A DNA stretch of 63,957 nt, counting the filler, from Guillardia theta CCMP2712 (lineage: Eukaryota > Protista > Cryptophyta), in the NCBI RefSeq assembly GCF_000315625.1. It is 3 parts of 3 records of this genome, joined end to end, with 100 filler letters (N's around TTAATTAATTAA, not from the genome) between each part and the next. Parts side by side here need not be neighbours in the genome. Positions count along the whole stretch, not along the records: positions 31,560 to 55,276 come from NW_005434659.1; 2 more parts are not named here. One strand, given 5' to 3'. This document shows positions 38,018-51,665 of this stretch, piece by piece. The position numbers and the translations under genes are program-made. Every line of letters starts with the position of its first letter. Position 1 is the stretch's first letter. The notes below the pieces were generated by a model. That model was given only the letters and a program-made list of their open reading frames with translations, was not told the DNA's origin and did not search any database.

Positions 38018-40560
38018 GGAGGAGGAGGAGGAGGAGGAGGAGGAAACCAGACACAGAACATGTGAGTTGCTGATAGAGCGTTGCTGTGCTCTTTTCTTTT
38101 TCAGCAAAGGCCTTTCTCGCCTCCTCCTCCATAGTGCCATCGTAGATTCCAGCCAACACCGTCTACCCCTCAGTCAGCCAATGCACCTCCACGAGGAGAT
38201 CAGAGGAGGAGGCGGGGAAGGAGAAGGAGGAGAGGGAAGATGAGAAGAGAAAGAAGACGGGGAAGTAGGCGGGGAAGAAGGAGGTGAACAATGAACGATC
38301 GGAAGGGAAGGGCCTGAGAGAATGATTGAGTGGAAAAAGAATGTTGAAACTTGGAGTTGATGATCAACAAGAAGAAACATCAGCATGGAAAGGAAGGGGA
38401 CAGGATGAGGAGGAGAAGGAGGAGAGGGAGGAGGAGGAGGAGAGGGAGGAGGAGGAAGGGTGGGGGGGAGGAGGAGGGGCGTACAGGCTTCGGAGCTCCC
38501 ATGAGCCATGCTGTCTCCAGTCAGCGGCCTGTCCTTCCCTCATCATCCTCTACCTCACTGCAGGTCCTCGGTCACCTGCAGACGAGGAGAAGGAGATGCC
38601 GTGCGGAGCACGGGAGGCTGCGCAGAGGGTTGAGAACCACCTCCTACTTCCTTGTCAGCGCTCCCATCCCACGACATGAAGCAGAGAAAGAGATAGGGTG
38701 TGATTTGGACGAGGAGAAGGAGGAGGAGGAGGAGGAGGAGGGAAGAGTTAGGAGAGGAAAGAGAAAAGATTGGACACGAATCGAGGATGGGAAGGAGACG
38801 AGGAGATGAAAGAGGGGGGTGGGGAGGTGGGGGCGGGAAGGAGGAGATGGAACGATGGAACGATACCTCGAGGAGGAAGCCTTGATCCTGCCCTCCGCCG
38901 TCAGGATGCGAGCTAGATCTTCCTCTGGGGAATTCCCTTGCGGTTGGTCGGTCTGCAGAGCATGATGGGTCAAGGAGAGGAGAAAGGAAGAAGAGGATGG
39001 AAGGAGGAAGAGGAGCGAGGAGAAATGGGAGAGAGGAGGGAAAGGAGGAGACGGTAGTTCCGAGCAGCAGCTGCAGCTGCTGCAGCTGCACGCTAGGAGA
39101 ATATAGTGAAAAGAAGAGAGAAAAGGAGGAGGAGGAGGAGGAGGAGGAGGAGGTGGAGGAGGAGGNNNNNNNNNNNNNNNNNNNNNNNNNNNNNNNNNNN
39201 NNNNNNNNNNNNNNNNNNNNNNNNNNNNNNNNNNNNNNNNNNNNNNNNNNNNNNNNNNNNNNNNNNNNNNNNNNAGACAGAAGAAGCAGCTGCAGCTGGT
39301 GCCATTAGGAGGCAGATCGCGAACGGAAGGCCTTTACCTCTGAGTGCCGAACGAACACGATGCTCGCGATCGGGGCTTTGTCAGCCGAAGTTTCAGACAT
39401 TCACATCTCTCCTCCTCGACCACCTATTCTCCTCCCAACTTCCTCCTCCTACATCACCAATTCGTCTTCCTCTTCCTCTTCCTCTTCCTCTTCCTCTTTC
39501 TATTCCTGCTGCTGCTGCTGCTGCTGCTTCTCCTCCTCTTCCTCCTCCTACTTCTCCCAGTCCTCCTTATCCCCTGTCTCCATCTCCCAGTTGTCCTCAT
39601 CACCACATCACATAATCAATATTCCCTAACTGCTTCAACTGCTCTTTCTGCCTCTGCTGCTGCTGTGACTCCTCTTCACCACCGTGCAACCCCCCCCCGG
39701 CTTTCTGCTGCTGCTCGCGCTGCTGCTCTCCCTCTCTCCTCCTCCTCCGCTCACCGTCGTTGTCCTCTGTGTTGACTTCAGCATCTCCATGATGTTCTCG
39801 GGAGTCCCCCCCTGATCCCCAGGTCAGACGGTGAGCAGCAAACAACAAAAATCAACTCACATTGCTCAGCGCCTCCCTCTACGACCTCGCCTCGTCTTCC
39901 CACTCCTCTTCAATCGTCTCATCCATCGCATTCTTCCAAGCCACCTTCGGCTCATCCAGCTCCTCGTTCTCTGTTCCCTCCCGCTCCTCCTCTTTTTCCT
40001 ACAGTCCCCACCGTCTGTCAACTAAACTTCCACATGCTTCCACCCTCACCGCAACTGCAGGCAATTCCAGCAAGGAGGGCTTCATCAGTGCCACGTGCAG
40101 CTGGAGCGCTTTCTCCACGTCCTCTTTGCTCTCCTGCTGAGCAGCTACCGGCACTTCTTCTATATTCCTGCTTTCCTTCCTCCTGTTTCTCTTCCTCTTC
40201 CTCTCCATCCTTTTCCTCCTCATACTCTTTAATCCATCAATACGGCTATTCGATCCCCCGGCCTCCCCACTCCGACTTTTCCTGCCTGTCTGCTCGCTGC
40301 TTGAGGAAGATGATGTTCTTCGTGATCTGCACGAGGATGAGGGGAGAGGGAAAGAATCGCACGAGATACCTCGCATTCGATGTTCCTGCTTTTCACGTCC
40401 TCCTCGATGGGCAGAACTACAATACATCGTTCCGACGAGTCTACGAACTGTACTTCGTTCGTGCTAATATCTTTCTCTTCCATTCCACCCTCAGCAGCTT
40501 TGAGAGCAAAGGATCCTCCCTTTCGGCCCTCCCTCATCCCTCTTCTGATCCCGTGAAGGC
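37200..40560 (-). pseudogene. Possible degraded multi-exon gene, divergent from the NTPase gene and repeated in each unit (also ~45110-48500, partial 31620-32896)
   Basis: Non-repetitive, coding-like blocks lie between SSR-filled intervals (MEEKDISTNEVQF.., ESKEDVEKALQLHVALMKPSLL.., LAGIYDGTMEEEARKAF.., [23 protein letters not shown]). Some contain stops, and I do not recognise the family. Confidence 0.3.
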
Positions 40561-40824
40561 TCCTGGCGTCCTGCCCGGCGTCAGTGTTGTTCCCACCTGT
40601 TCCCAGCCTTGTCCCCCGCCTCCTCCGTTTCGGACAAGATCCTTTATTGACTGAGATACTTTGTTGGAGTAGCGGTTTTCGCTGTCCTCGGTTTCCTAGT
40701 ATTTTGTTGGTGTAGCATTTTTCGCTGCCTTCTCCGTTTCCGGATGTCTGGTTGAGGCGGGTTTGTAGGGTTTATCCTCGTCCTGTGAGACCTTTGAGTA
40801 AAACTATTTGGCGCGCAAAAAACC

Positions 40825-43800
40825 ATGTCGTCGTCGCAGCAGCTGCAGGCGGCGAGGAGGGAGGAGAGCGATTCCGTGGAAGAGCAGCGAGAAACAAAAA
40901 GACTCCAGGTGAGTACCGAGCTCAGCAACGACGCCCATTCAACGACTGCAGCGGAGGTAGAGCGGGCGCGGGCGGAGCTGAATGAGGCTCGCGCAAGCAA
41001 TGACCAAGAGCAGATAAACGCAGCAAAGCAAGAGCTTGCGCGGGCGCAGCTGAAGGCAGAGGTAGGGCATGCGCGGGCGAATGTAGACGCGGCGCTCGCA
41101 AGCAAGGACAGAGCGCAGATAGCCGGAGCAAAGGAAGAGCTGGCGCGGGCGGAGCTCAAGGCGGCGCGCGCAAGCAAGGACCACGAGCAGATAACCGCAG
41201 CAGAGGCAGAGCTTGCGCAGGCGCAGCTGAAGGCAGAGGTAGAGCTTGCGCGGGCGGAGCTCAAGGCAGAGGTAGAGCTTGCTCGGGCGGAGCTCAAGGC
41301 GGCTCGCGCAAGCAAGGACCACGAGCAGATAACCGCAGCAAAGGAAGAGCTTGCTCGGGCGGAGTTCAAGGCAGAGGTAGGGCTTGCGCGGGCGGAGCTC
41401 AAGGCAGATGTAGAGCTGGCTCGGGCGGAGCTCAAGGCGGCTCGCGCAAGCAAGGACCACGAGCAGATAACCGCAGCAGAGGCAGAGCTTGCGCGGGCGG
41501 AGCTCAAGGCAGAGGTAGAGCTGGCGCGGGCGGAGCTGAAGGCGGCTCGCGCAAGCAAGGACCACGAGCAGATAAACGCAGCAGAGGTACAGCTTGCGCA
41601 GGCGCAGCTGAAGGCGGCGCTCGCAAGCAAGGACGAAGCGGAGATAACAATGGCGACGGAAAATGTATCAAGGGCGGAGCTGAAGGCAGAGGTAGGTCTC
41701 TTGAGGGCGCAGCTGAATGCAGTGCTCGCAAGCAATCACGAAGAAACGATAACTCAATCAAAGCTAGCCTTGCGCATCGCTGAGTCATCGCTTGCAAGCA
41801 TCCGTGCATCTACACCTCTGCGGGTGGATGTTCTAGGTAATCTCTCTTTGCTGAGCAAATGTGCGTCCATGGCGAGCATTGTGTGAAAGTGTATCTTCAA
41901 CAACGTGTGAGAAGCAGCTCACTGAACTATTTCTTGCAGTCATGCATGCAGTCTCTGAGAAATATCCCTTTGAGTTGGAGAAAATACTTGAAGGCCTGCG
42001 GATGTGCATAGAAAAATCGCTGGGATCAAAAGCTAGGTCGTTGAGCGAATCAAACCCAATCGACAAAGTAGTAACCGATAGTGCGGATCGAGCAGCTTGT
42101 ACAGTCTCATGCATGATTGAGGCCTGCTCGGGAAGCGGAAAATCGTTGTGTGCGGCAGACTACTTCGTACGAAACCCAAAGACCTCACGATATTGCTTGT
42201 TTGGATACACCCAGGAACAGGAATTATATCTTCAGGTGGACAGTATCTCGCAGCTCATCAATGTAGCAATCGATCTAGACCTCCAAGCGTGTGATCAGAA
42301 GCTTGCATTTGATAAACCAGATGAGTGCAAGGTGAATGTTTTGGATATTGATCTTCTGGAATCCAGCTGGAATATTCTTGGTGCACTCGGATACCTGTTT
42401 GGGAAGACTGAAACTGTAGCCAAGGTGACGTTGCAGCATGCAAAGAAGTGGACAAAGGACAAGGACTTGTGGCTGCTCGTCGATGAAGCGATACCGGGGT
42501 ATCAGGATACCACCGACCTTGTAAACCCAATCGCTCGACTGGTCTTCTTCAAACGTATTCTTCGTGATGCAGGCTTTAATACTATCATGCTGGGGACAAA
42601 CACTCTGGTGATGAATTTCAACAAAGCTTTGCGACAGACCGACAACAGCCGAGGTCGGAACCCAGAGCATTTAGTGTGTATCACCCATCGAGCGCTTCCT
42701 CCGATGATTTTACAGTCTGAAAAGCAGCATGCTTTGCTCAGGAGTTTGTTTGGGGAGGAGCAGTGCAGCTTGTTTCTCGACAACGTTAACCCATGGCTTT
42801 GCAATCAGATGTTGAAGGGCTTCAAGGGCGCCACGGAAGAGATAAAAGACCGCGCAGATTTGTTTCGAGATCTGGCTGGTCCAGTGTTGGCAGAAAGACG
42901 TAAAGAAAAGAAGAATCTCAGCGATGCATCGTTGTATTGTATGTTTCAGATTGCAACGCACGATGCCATTTCCCAGGCACACATCATGCAAGGGTTCGGT
43001 CTCTTGAACATCTGGCCACAAGGCGAAGTCCCTGCACGTGGTAGTCCGGGGTCAATCATTGATCTTGATCGGCGTGATGACAAGATTTACATGATGAATA
43101 CAGATATCCACAACATATCCTGCAGGTTTCCTCCGGCCTGGGCCGATCCCATCACTACAGGGATTTGCGCTGGTGGCGGAAGACCTTTTCGCAATTTAGC
43201 ATCAGGGCTCGAGGTGTTGAGGAGGATTCACCAAGATACTGTCAAGCCCAGGGAGGATCCCACAGCAGTTGATGCAATGCGTAGAGACGGGAATGTTCTC
43301 GAATCGTTTGGGGCAGTCGTCCTTATGTTGACAAGCTGGGCCAAACCAGAGGACATTCTATCGACTCTCAGCTATCATTGTGGACGAGAAGTGAAGAGCA
43401 CAGTGACGCAGGTGCTTGCTGCCGTGGATGACAAGGAGGCTGCAGAGCAGTTCCGGCAAGTTTTGACGAGATGTTTGTGTAATCTGATTCCCCTTCGTGA
43501 CGATGAAAGTAACATGCTTGACGGAGAAGTTTTCGGCTACTACATTCGTTGCATGGATAAGCGCGAACGAGACGGATGCTTTTCTGGCCCTGTCTTCGGT
43601 CCTGATAGGAGAAGAATGAAGGGTGCAGCAGAGTTCAAGAACTGGAGAGTGTCGGTCAATTCATCTGATCTCAAGTGTTTTGTGGAAAAGCTGTCCAAGA
43701 ATGGAGAGGACCTCCTTCTCTTCATGGCGCCAGCCTTTGGAGATTTTAAGTACGAGTGGATCTTACCACGATTAGGGGTTTCTGATTGGTTGGTTCTGCA

Positions 43801-43957
43801 TTGGACAATTGATGGGGCGCATCTAGATTGGCGTACTTTCCACCATGTAGTCCAAGACGGTGAGAAAAGATACAGAATTTTGGTGCTTATGGAGGTCGGG
43901 TTATCAACGAAACCTTTTTGTGAACCGTCGATGCGCCAAGATCAGATTGATGCCTAG
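40825..43957 (+). CDS. Repeat header + P-loop NTPase + PD-(D/E)xK nuclease (Crinkler-like), copy 2; exons 40825-41836 and 41940-43957, ~1009 aa
   Basis: A 103-nt intron GTAATC...ACTGAAC..TTTCTTGCAG (41837-41939) fuses the two ORFs in frame. Motifs are Walker A IEACSGSGKS, Walker B LWLLVDE, a sensor-like IMLGTN, RDGNVLES, and nuclease-like R-ERDG...AEFKNW. Confidence 0.8.
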
Positions 43958-44534
43958 CATGGGTTACGTGGGCTGGAGAATCATGTATAACATGGATGCA
44001 GACATCAAACACCAGAGCAGGGATGCCGCAGCCTCAGTCACGGTGAAGTTGAGCCAGTGTCAAAAATACTCATCGAGCTGGATAAAGCCTGTCGCGGATA
44101 CTAAAGGAGACCGTATGACAGGCGCGTGGCTTTCAGTTTCAATCTTGGACAGCTAGCTCCTCAAGTTGCCTACACCTAGTTCATGACGTGCTGGATATAT
44201 TCATGCAGGCAAGGTGTGACGACCTTGAAACCCCATGTCGATTTTTGAACGAATGAAGATAGCAGACATCGTTGGGAGCACCCATTGACATTCATGATTC
44301 CATCTAGGCAGTCTTTGCAGCAGGACAGTCATACTGCTTGACTCAGAAGTCGGACATAGTGTTGCTGATCACAACATGCCGATGGCTGACCTCACTCTGT
44401 TTCGATTGACCTGTTCAGCACGTATATTGACAACTTACGTAGAGGAACTGATGATTCCGATCATCAGTAGGCGTCATCTCAAGTTTCATATTCTGGATAG
44501 CAAACTGCTTGAGATTACGAGAGTAAAGCCTGAT

Positions 44535-44810
44535 CTTTCTTTTCAACAGATAAGGAGAGCAGAGAACGAGTCAACGCGATCTTGAAAATCGTATTTCCAT
44601 ATGTGCCAACACTGCGAACGCATGCCGTGGTTGGAGTTGGGATGGCATCAGTGATATACCACGAACGATTTATTCGAGAGATGATGCCAAGGAATCAACC
44701 CTTGTTTCGAACTACTCTTTTGTTGCAACCTGGTTTTGTACAGCCCCTTGGGAAGCATGTTACGATAGAAGGTCATGATAAACGGCAAAATGCATATCTC
44801 CAGATGTGTA
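44535..44810 (+). mobile_element. Crypton-like recombinase fragment, copy 2
   Basis: KIVFPYVPTLRTHAVVGVGMASVIYHERFIREMMPRNQPLF. Confidence 0.5.
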
Positions 44811-44903
44811 CTGAATCTCTCTCTGTCTCTGTGTCTTTCCCTCTCTCTCTGTCTGTCTCTGTCTGTCTCTGTCTGTCTGTCTCTGTCTGTCTGTGTCTGT
44901 CTG

Positions 44904-44959
<56 letters not shown>

Positions 44960-45853
44960 GATCTCTGTCTCTGTCTGCCTCTCGGTCTCGGTCTCTGTCT
45001 CTGTCTCTGTCTCTGTCTCTCTGTCTCCCTCCCTCCCTGCATCCATCCCTCCGTCTGTCTCTGTCTCTGTTCTCTGTCTCTCTCTCTGTCTGTCTCTCTC
45101 TCTGTCTCTCTCTCAGCTCCTTGCCGCTCTCATTGCTGGGGTTCCTCGCCATGGCGCTAGTTTACAGCCCCATCGCCTCCTCATCAACCTCATCAAGCTT
45201 GGTAGCGTCGAGGTTACACTGACCTGTGCCTTCGGCAGCAACAACGACTCCTTTAGCCTTGAGTGTCCGTTAGCTCCTCCCTCCCTCCCTCCCTCCCTTC
45301 CTCCCTGTCTCCCTTGCCCATCCTCCCACCTCTCCTTGCTTGGCATAGGCTATGAGAGATGTCTGCTTCCTGGGCAACCTCAGCACCTGCACAATCAGCA
45401 TGGCGACGGCGGACGAGTAGACGGCATGACCGAAGACGGAAATGCAACCGAGGAAGAGGCTCTCGTTGCCAGCCTTCCTACTCTCAACGGTCACAAGCAG
45501 GGAGTGGAGAGAGGAGGAGGAAGGAGGAAGGCTGGGAGGGGTGGAGGAGAGGATGGGAGGGCGAGGAAGGGGGTTGAAGGAGATGGGGAAAAGAAGGAGA
45601 TGGAGAGGTCTCTTACCTCCTCCGTTCCATTTCTGCTTCAACTCCCTGCGCAAGCTCTACTATCACTCTCTCCGCGTATGCTCGAAGCGTCTGTGTGCCA
45701 TGTCAGCAGCTGATCCTTCTCCTCCTGCACCAACTTTGCCATGCCCTGCAGCGATGTAGTCTGCCAGGGACGCGTATCCTGAACAGCAGAAGAAAGAGAG
45801 AAAGGGAGGAAGAAGAGATGAGGAGAGTCGGGACGGAGCATGATGAAGAGGAA

Positions 45854-45954
<101 letters not shown>

Positions 45955-48766
45955 GGAGGAGGAGGAGGAGGAAACCAGACACAGAACATGTGAGTTGCTG
46001 ATAGAGCGTTGCTGTGCTCTTTTCTTTTTCAGCAAAGGCCTTTCTCACCTCCTCCTCCATAGTGCCATCGTAGATTCCAGCCAACACCGTCTACCCCTCA
46101 GTCAGCCAATGCACCTCCACGAGGAGATCAGAGGAGGAGGCGGGGAAGGAGAAGGAGGAGAGGGAAGATGAGAAGAGAAAGAAGACGGGGAAGAAGGCGG
46201 GGAAGAAGGAGGCGAACAATGAACGATCGGAAGGGAAGGGCCTGAGAGAATGATTGAGTGGAAAAAGAATGTTGAAACTTGGAGTTGATGATCAACAAGA
46301 AGAAACATCAGCATGGAAAGGAAGGGGACAGGATGAGGAGGAGAAGGAGGAGAAAGAGGAGAAGGAGGAGGAGGAGAGGGAGGAGGAGGAAGGGAGGGGG
46401 GGAGGAGGGGCGTACAGGCTTCGGAGCTCCCATGAGCCATGCTGTCTCCAGTCAGCGGCCTGTCCTTCCCTCATCATCCTCTACCTCACTGCAGGTCCTC
46501 GGTCACCTGCAGACGAGGAGAAGGAGATGCCGTGCGGAGCACGGGAGGCTGCGCAGAGGGTTGAGAACCACCTCCTACTTCCTTGTCAGCGCTCCCATCC
46601 CACGACATGAAGCAGAGAAAGAGATAGGGTGTGATTTGGACGAGGAGAAGGAGGAGGAGGAGGAGGAGGAGGGAAGAGTTAGGAGAGGAAAGAGAAAAGA
46701 TTGGACACGAATCGAGGATGGGAAGGAGACGAGGAGATGAAAGAGGGGGGTGGGGAGGTGGGGGCGGGAAGGAGGAGATGGAACGATGTAACAATACCTC
46801 GAGGAGGAAGCCTTGATCCTGCCCTCCGCCGTCAGGATGCGAGCTAGATCTTCCTCTGGTGAATTCCCTTGCGGTTGGTCGGTCTGCAGAGCATGATGGG
46901 TCAAGGAGAGGAGAAAGGAAGAAGAGGATGGAAGGAGGAAGAGGAGCGAGGAGAAATGGGAGAGAGGAGGGAAAGGAGGAGACGGTAGTTCCGAGCAGCA
47001 GCAGCTGCTGCTGCAGCTGCACGCTAGGAGAATATAGTGAAAAGAAGAGAGAAAAGGAGGAGGAGGAGGAGGAGGTGGTGGTGGTGGTGGTGGAAGAGGA
47101 NNNNNNNNNNNNNNNNNNNNNNNNNNNNNNNNNNNNNNNNNNNNNNNNNNNNNNNNNNNNNNNNNNNNNNNNNNNNNNNNNNNNNNNNNNNNNNNNNNNN
47201 ATGGTGGAGACAGAAGAAGCAGCTGCTATAGAAGCTGGTGCCATTAGGAGGCAGATCGCGAACGGAAGGCCTTTACCTCTGAGTGCCGAACGAACACGAT
47301 GCTCGCGATCGGGGCTTTGTCAGCCGAAGTTTCAGACATTCACATCTCTCCTCCTCGACCACCTATTCCCCTCCCAACTTCCTGCATCCTACATCACCAT
47401 TCCGCTTCCTCTTCCTCTTCCTCTTCCTCTTCCTCTTTCTATTCCTGCTGCTGCTGCTGCTGCTGCTTCTCCTCCTCTTCCTCCTCCTACTTCTCCCAGT
47501 CCTCCTCATTCCCTGTCTCCATCTCCCAGTTGTCCTCATCACCACATCACATAATCAATATTCCCTAACTGCTTCAACTGCTCTTTCTGCCTCTGCTGCT
47601 GCTGTGACTCCTCTTCACCACCGTGCAACCCCCCCCCGGCTTTCTGCTGCTGCTCGCGCTGCTGCTCTCCCTCTCTCCTCCTCCTCCGCTCACCGTCGTT
47701 GTCCTCTGTGTTGACTTCAGCATTTCCATGATGTTCTCGGGAGTCCCCCCCTGATCCCCAGGTCAGACGGTGAGCAGCAAACAACAAAAATCAACTCACA
47801 TTGCTCAGCGCCTCCCTCTACGACCTCGCCTCGTCTTCCCACTCCTCTTCAATCGTCTCATCCACCGCATTCTTCCAAGCCACCTTCGGCTCATCCAGCT
47901 CCTCGTTCTCTGTTCCCTCCCGCTCCTCCTCTTTTTCCTACAGTCCCCACCGTCTGTCAACTAAACTTCCACATGCTTCCACCCTCACCGCAACTGCAGG
48001 CAATTCCAGCAAGGAGGGCTTCATCAGTGCCACGTGCAGCTGGAGCGCTTTCTCCACGTCCTCTTTGCTCTCCTGCTGAGCAGCTACCGGCACTTCTTCT
48101 ATATTCCTGCTTTCCTTCCTCCTGTTTCTCTTCCTCTTCCTCTCCATCCTTTTCCTCCTCATACTCTTTAATCCATCAATACGGCTATTCGATCCCCCGG
48201 CCTCCCCACTCCGACTCTTCCTGCCTGTCTGCTCGCTGCTTGAGGAAGATGATGTTCTTCGTGATCTGCACGAGGATGAGGGGAGAGGGAAAGAATCGCA
48301 CGAGATACCTCGCATTCGATGTTCCTGCTTTTCACGTCCTCCTCGAAGGGCAGAACTACAATACATCGCTCCGACGAGTCTACGAACTGTACTTCGTTCG
48401 TGCTAATATCTTTCTCTTCCATTCCACCCTCAGCAGCTTTGAGAGCAAAGGATCCTCCCTTTCGGCCCTCCCTCATCCCTCTTCTGATCCCGTGAAGGCT
48501 CCTGGCGTCCTGCCCGGCGTCAGTGTTGTTCCCACCTGTTCCCAGCCTTGTCCCCCGCCTCCTCCGTTTCGGACAAGATCTTTTGTTGGCCTGACTGATA
48601 CTTTGTTGGAGTAGCGGTTTTCGCTGTCCTCGGTTTCCTAGTATTTTGTTGGTGTAGCATTTTTCGCTGCCTCCTCCGTTTCCGGATGTCTGGTTGAGGC
48701 GGGTTTGTAGGGTTTATCCTCGTCCTGTGAGACCTTTGAGTAAAACTATTTGGCGCGCAAAAAACC

Positions 48767-51665
48767 ATGTCGTCGTCGTCGTCGTCGCAGCAGCTGCAGG
48801 CGGCGAGGAGGGAGGAGAGCGATTCCGTGGAAGAGCAGCGAGAAACCAAACGACTCAAGGCGAGTACCGAGCTCAGCAACGACGCCCATTCAACGACTGC
48901 AGCGGAGGTAGAGCGGGCGCGGGCGGAGCTGAATGAGGCTCGCGCAAGCAATGACCAAGAGCAGATAGACGCAGCAAAGGAAGAGCTTGCGCGGGCGCAG
49001 CTGAAGGCAGAGGTAGGGCATGCGCGGGCGAATGTAGACGCGGCGCTCGCAAGCAAGGACAGAGCGCAGATAGCCGGAGCAAAGGAAGAGCTGGCGCGGG
49101 CGGAGCTCAAGGCGGCGCGCGCAAGCAAGGACCACGAGCAGATAACCGCAGCAGAGGCAGAGCTTGCGCAGGCGCAGCTGAAGGCAGAGGTAGAGCTTGC
49201 GCGGGCGGAGCTCAAGGCAGAGGTAGAGCTGGCGCGGGCGGAGCTCAAGGTGGCTCGCGCAAGCAAGGACCACGAGCAGATAGCCGGAGCAGAGGTAGAG
49301 CTTGCGCAGGCGCAGCTGAAGGCGGCGCTCGCAAGCAAGGACGAAGCGGAGATAGCAATGGCGAAGGCAAATGTATCAAGGGCGGAGCTGAAGGCAGAGG
49401 TAGGTCTCTTGAGGGCGCAGCTGAATGCAGTGCTCGCAAGCAATCACGAAGAAACGATAACTCAATCAAAGCTAGCCTTGCGCATCGCTGAGTCATCGCT
49501 TGCAAGCATCCGTGCATCTACACCTCTGCGGGTGGATGTTCTAGGTAATCTCTCTTTGCTGAGCAAATGTGCGTCCATGGCGAGCATTGTGTGAAAGTGT
49601 ATCTTCAACAACGTGTGAGAAGCAGCTCACTGAACTATTTCTTGCAGTCATGCATGCAGTCTCTGAGAAATATCCCTTTGAGTTGGAGAAAATACTTGAA
49701 GGCCTGCGGATGTGCATAGAAAAATCGCTGGGATCAAAAGCTAGGTCGTTGAGCGAATCAAACCCAATCGACAAAGTAGTAACCGATAGTGCGGATCGAG
49801 CAGCTTGTACAGTCTCATGCATGATTGAGGCCTGCTCGGGAAGCGGAAAATCGTTGTGTGCGGCAGACTACTTCGTACGAAACCCAAAGACCTCACGATA
49901 TTGCTTGTTTGGGTACACCCAGGAACAGGAATTATATCTTCAGGTGGACAGTATCTCGCAGCTCATCAATGTAGCAATCGATCTAGACCTCCAAGCGTGT
50001 GATCAGAAGCTTGCATTTGATAAACCAGATGAGTGCAAGGTGAATGTTTTGGATATTGATCTTCTGGAATCCAGTTGGAATATTCTTGGTGCACTCGGAT
50101 ACCTGTTTGGGAAGACTGAAACTGTAGCCAAGGTGACGTTGCAGCATGCAAAGAAGTGGACAAAGGACAAGGACTTGTGGCTGCTCGTCGATGAAGCGAT
50201 ACCGGGGTATCAGGATACCACCGACCTTGTAAACCCAATCGCTCGACTGGTCTTCTTCAAACGTATTCTTCGTGATGCAGGCTTTAACACTATCATGCTG
50301 GGGACAAACACTCTGGTGATGAATTTCAACAAAGCTTTGCGACAGACCGACAACAGCCGAGGTCGGAACCCAGAGCATTTAGTGTGTATCACCCATCGAG
50401 CGCTTCCTCCGATGATTTTACAGTCTGAAAAGCAGCATGCTTTGCTCAGGAGTTTGTTTGGGGAGGAGCAGTGCAGCTTGTTTCTCGACAACGTTAACCC
50501 ATGGCTTTGCAATCAGATGTTGAAGGGCTTCAAGGGCGCCACGGAAGAGAAAAAAGACCGCGCAGATTTGTTTCGAGATCTGGCTGGTCCAGTGTTGGCA
50601 GAAAGACGTAAAGAAAAGAAGAATCTCAGCGATGCATCGTTGTATTGTATGTTTCAGATTGCAACGCACGATGCCATTTCCCAGGCACACATCATGCAAG
50701 GGTTCGGTCTCTTGAACATCTGGCCACAAGGCGAAGTCCCTGCACGTGGTAGTCCGGGGTCAATCATTGATCTTGATCGGCGTGATGACAAGATTTACAT
50801 GATGAATACAGATATCCACAACATATCCTGCAGGTTTCCTCCGGCCTGGGCCGATCCCATCACTACAGGGATTTGCGCTGGTGGCGGAAGACCTTTTCGC
50901 AATTTAGCATCAGGGCTCGAGGTGTTGAGGAGGATTCACCAAGATACTGTCAAGCCCAGGGAGGATCCCACAGCAGTAGATGCAATGCGTAGAGACGGGA
51001 ATGTTCTCGAATCGTTTGGGGCAGTCGTCCTTATGTTGACAAGCTGGGCCAAACCAGAGGACATTCTATCGACTCTCAGCTATCATTGTGGACGAGAAGT
51101 GAAGAGCACAGTGACGCAGGTGCTTGCTGCCGTGGATGACAAGGAGGCTGCAGAGCAGTTCCGGCAAGTTTTGACGAGATGTTTGTGTAATCTGATTCCC
51201 CTTCGTGACGATGAAAGTAACATACTTGACGGAGAAGTTTTCGGCTACTACATTCGTTGCATGGATAAGCGCGAACGAGACGGATGCTTTTCTGGCCCTG
51301 TCTTCGGTCCTGATAGGAGAAGAATGAAGGGTGCAGCAGAGTTCAAGAACTGGAGAGTGTCGGTCAATTCGTCTGATCTCAAGGGTTTTGTGGAAAAGCT
51401 GTCCAAGAATGGAGAGGACCTCCTTCTCTTCATGGCGCCAGCCTTTGGAGATTTTAAGTACGAGTGGATCTTACCACGATTAGGGGTTTCTAATTGGTTG
51501 GTTCTGCATTGGACAATTGATGGGGCGCATCTAGATTGGCGTACTTTCCACCATGTAGTCCAAGACGGTGAGAAAAGATACAGAATTTTGGTGCTTATGG
51601 AGGTCGGGTTATCAACGAAACCTTTTTGTGAACCGTCGATGCGCCAAGATCAGATTGATGCCTAG
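48767..51665 (+). CDS. Repeat header + P-loop NTPase + PD-(D/E)xK nuclease (Crinkler-like), copy 3; exons 48767-49544 and 49648-51665, ~931 aa
   Basis: Same 103-nt intron (49545-49647) and same motifs as copy 2, with a shorter header. Confidence 0.8.

Noticed and set aside
41836-41940. Overlapping two-gene operon or toxin-antitoxin pair (header ORF + NTPase ORF)
   Set aside because: A phase-compatible 103-nt intron with branch-like and polypyrimidine signals, present in copies 2 and 3, explains the overlap.
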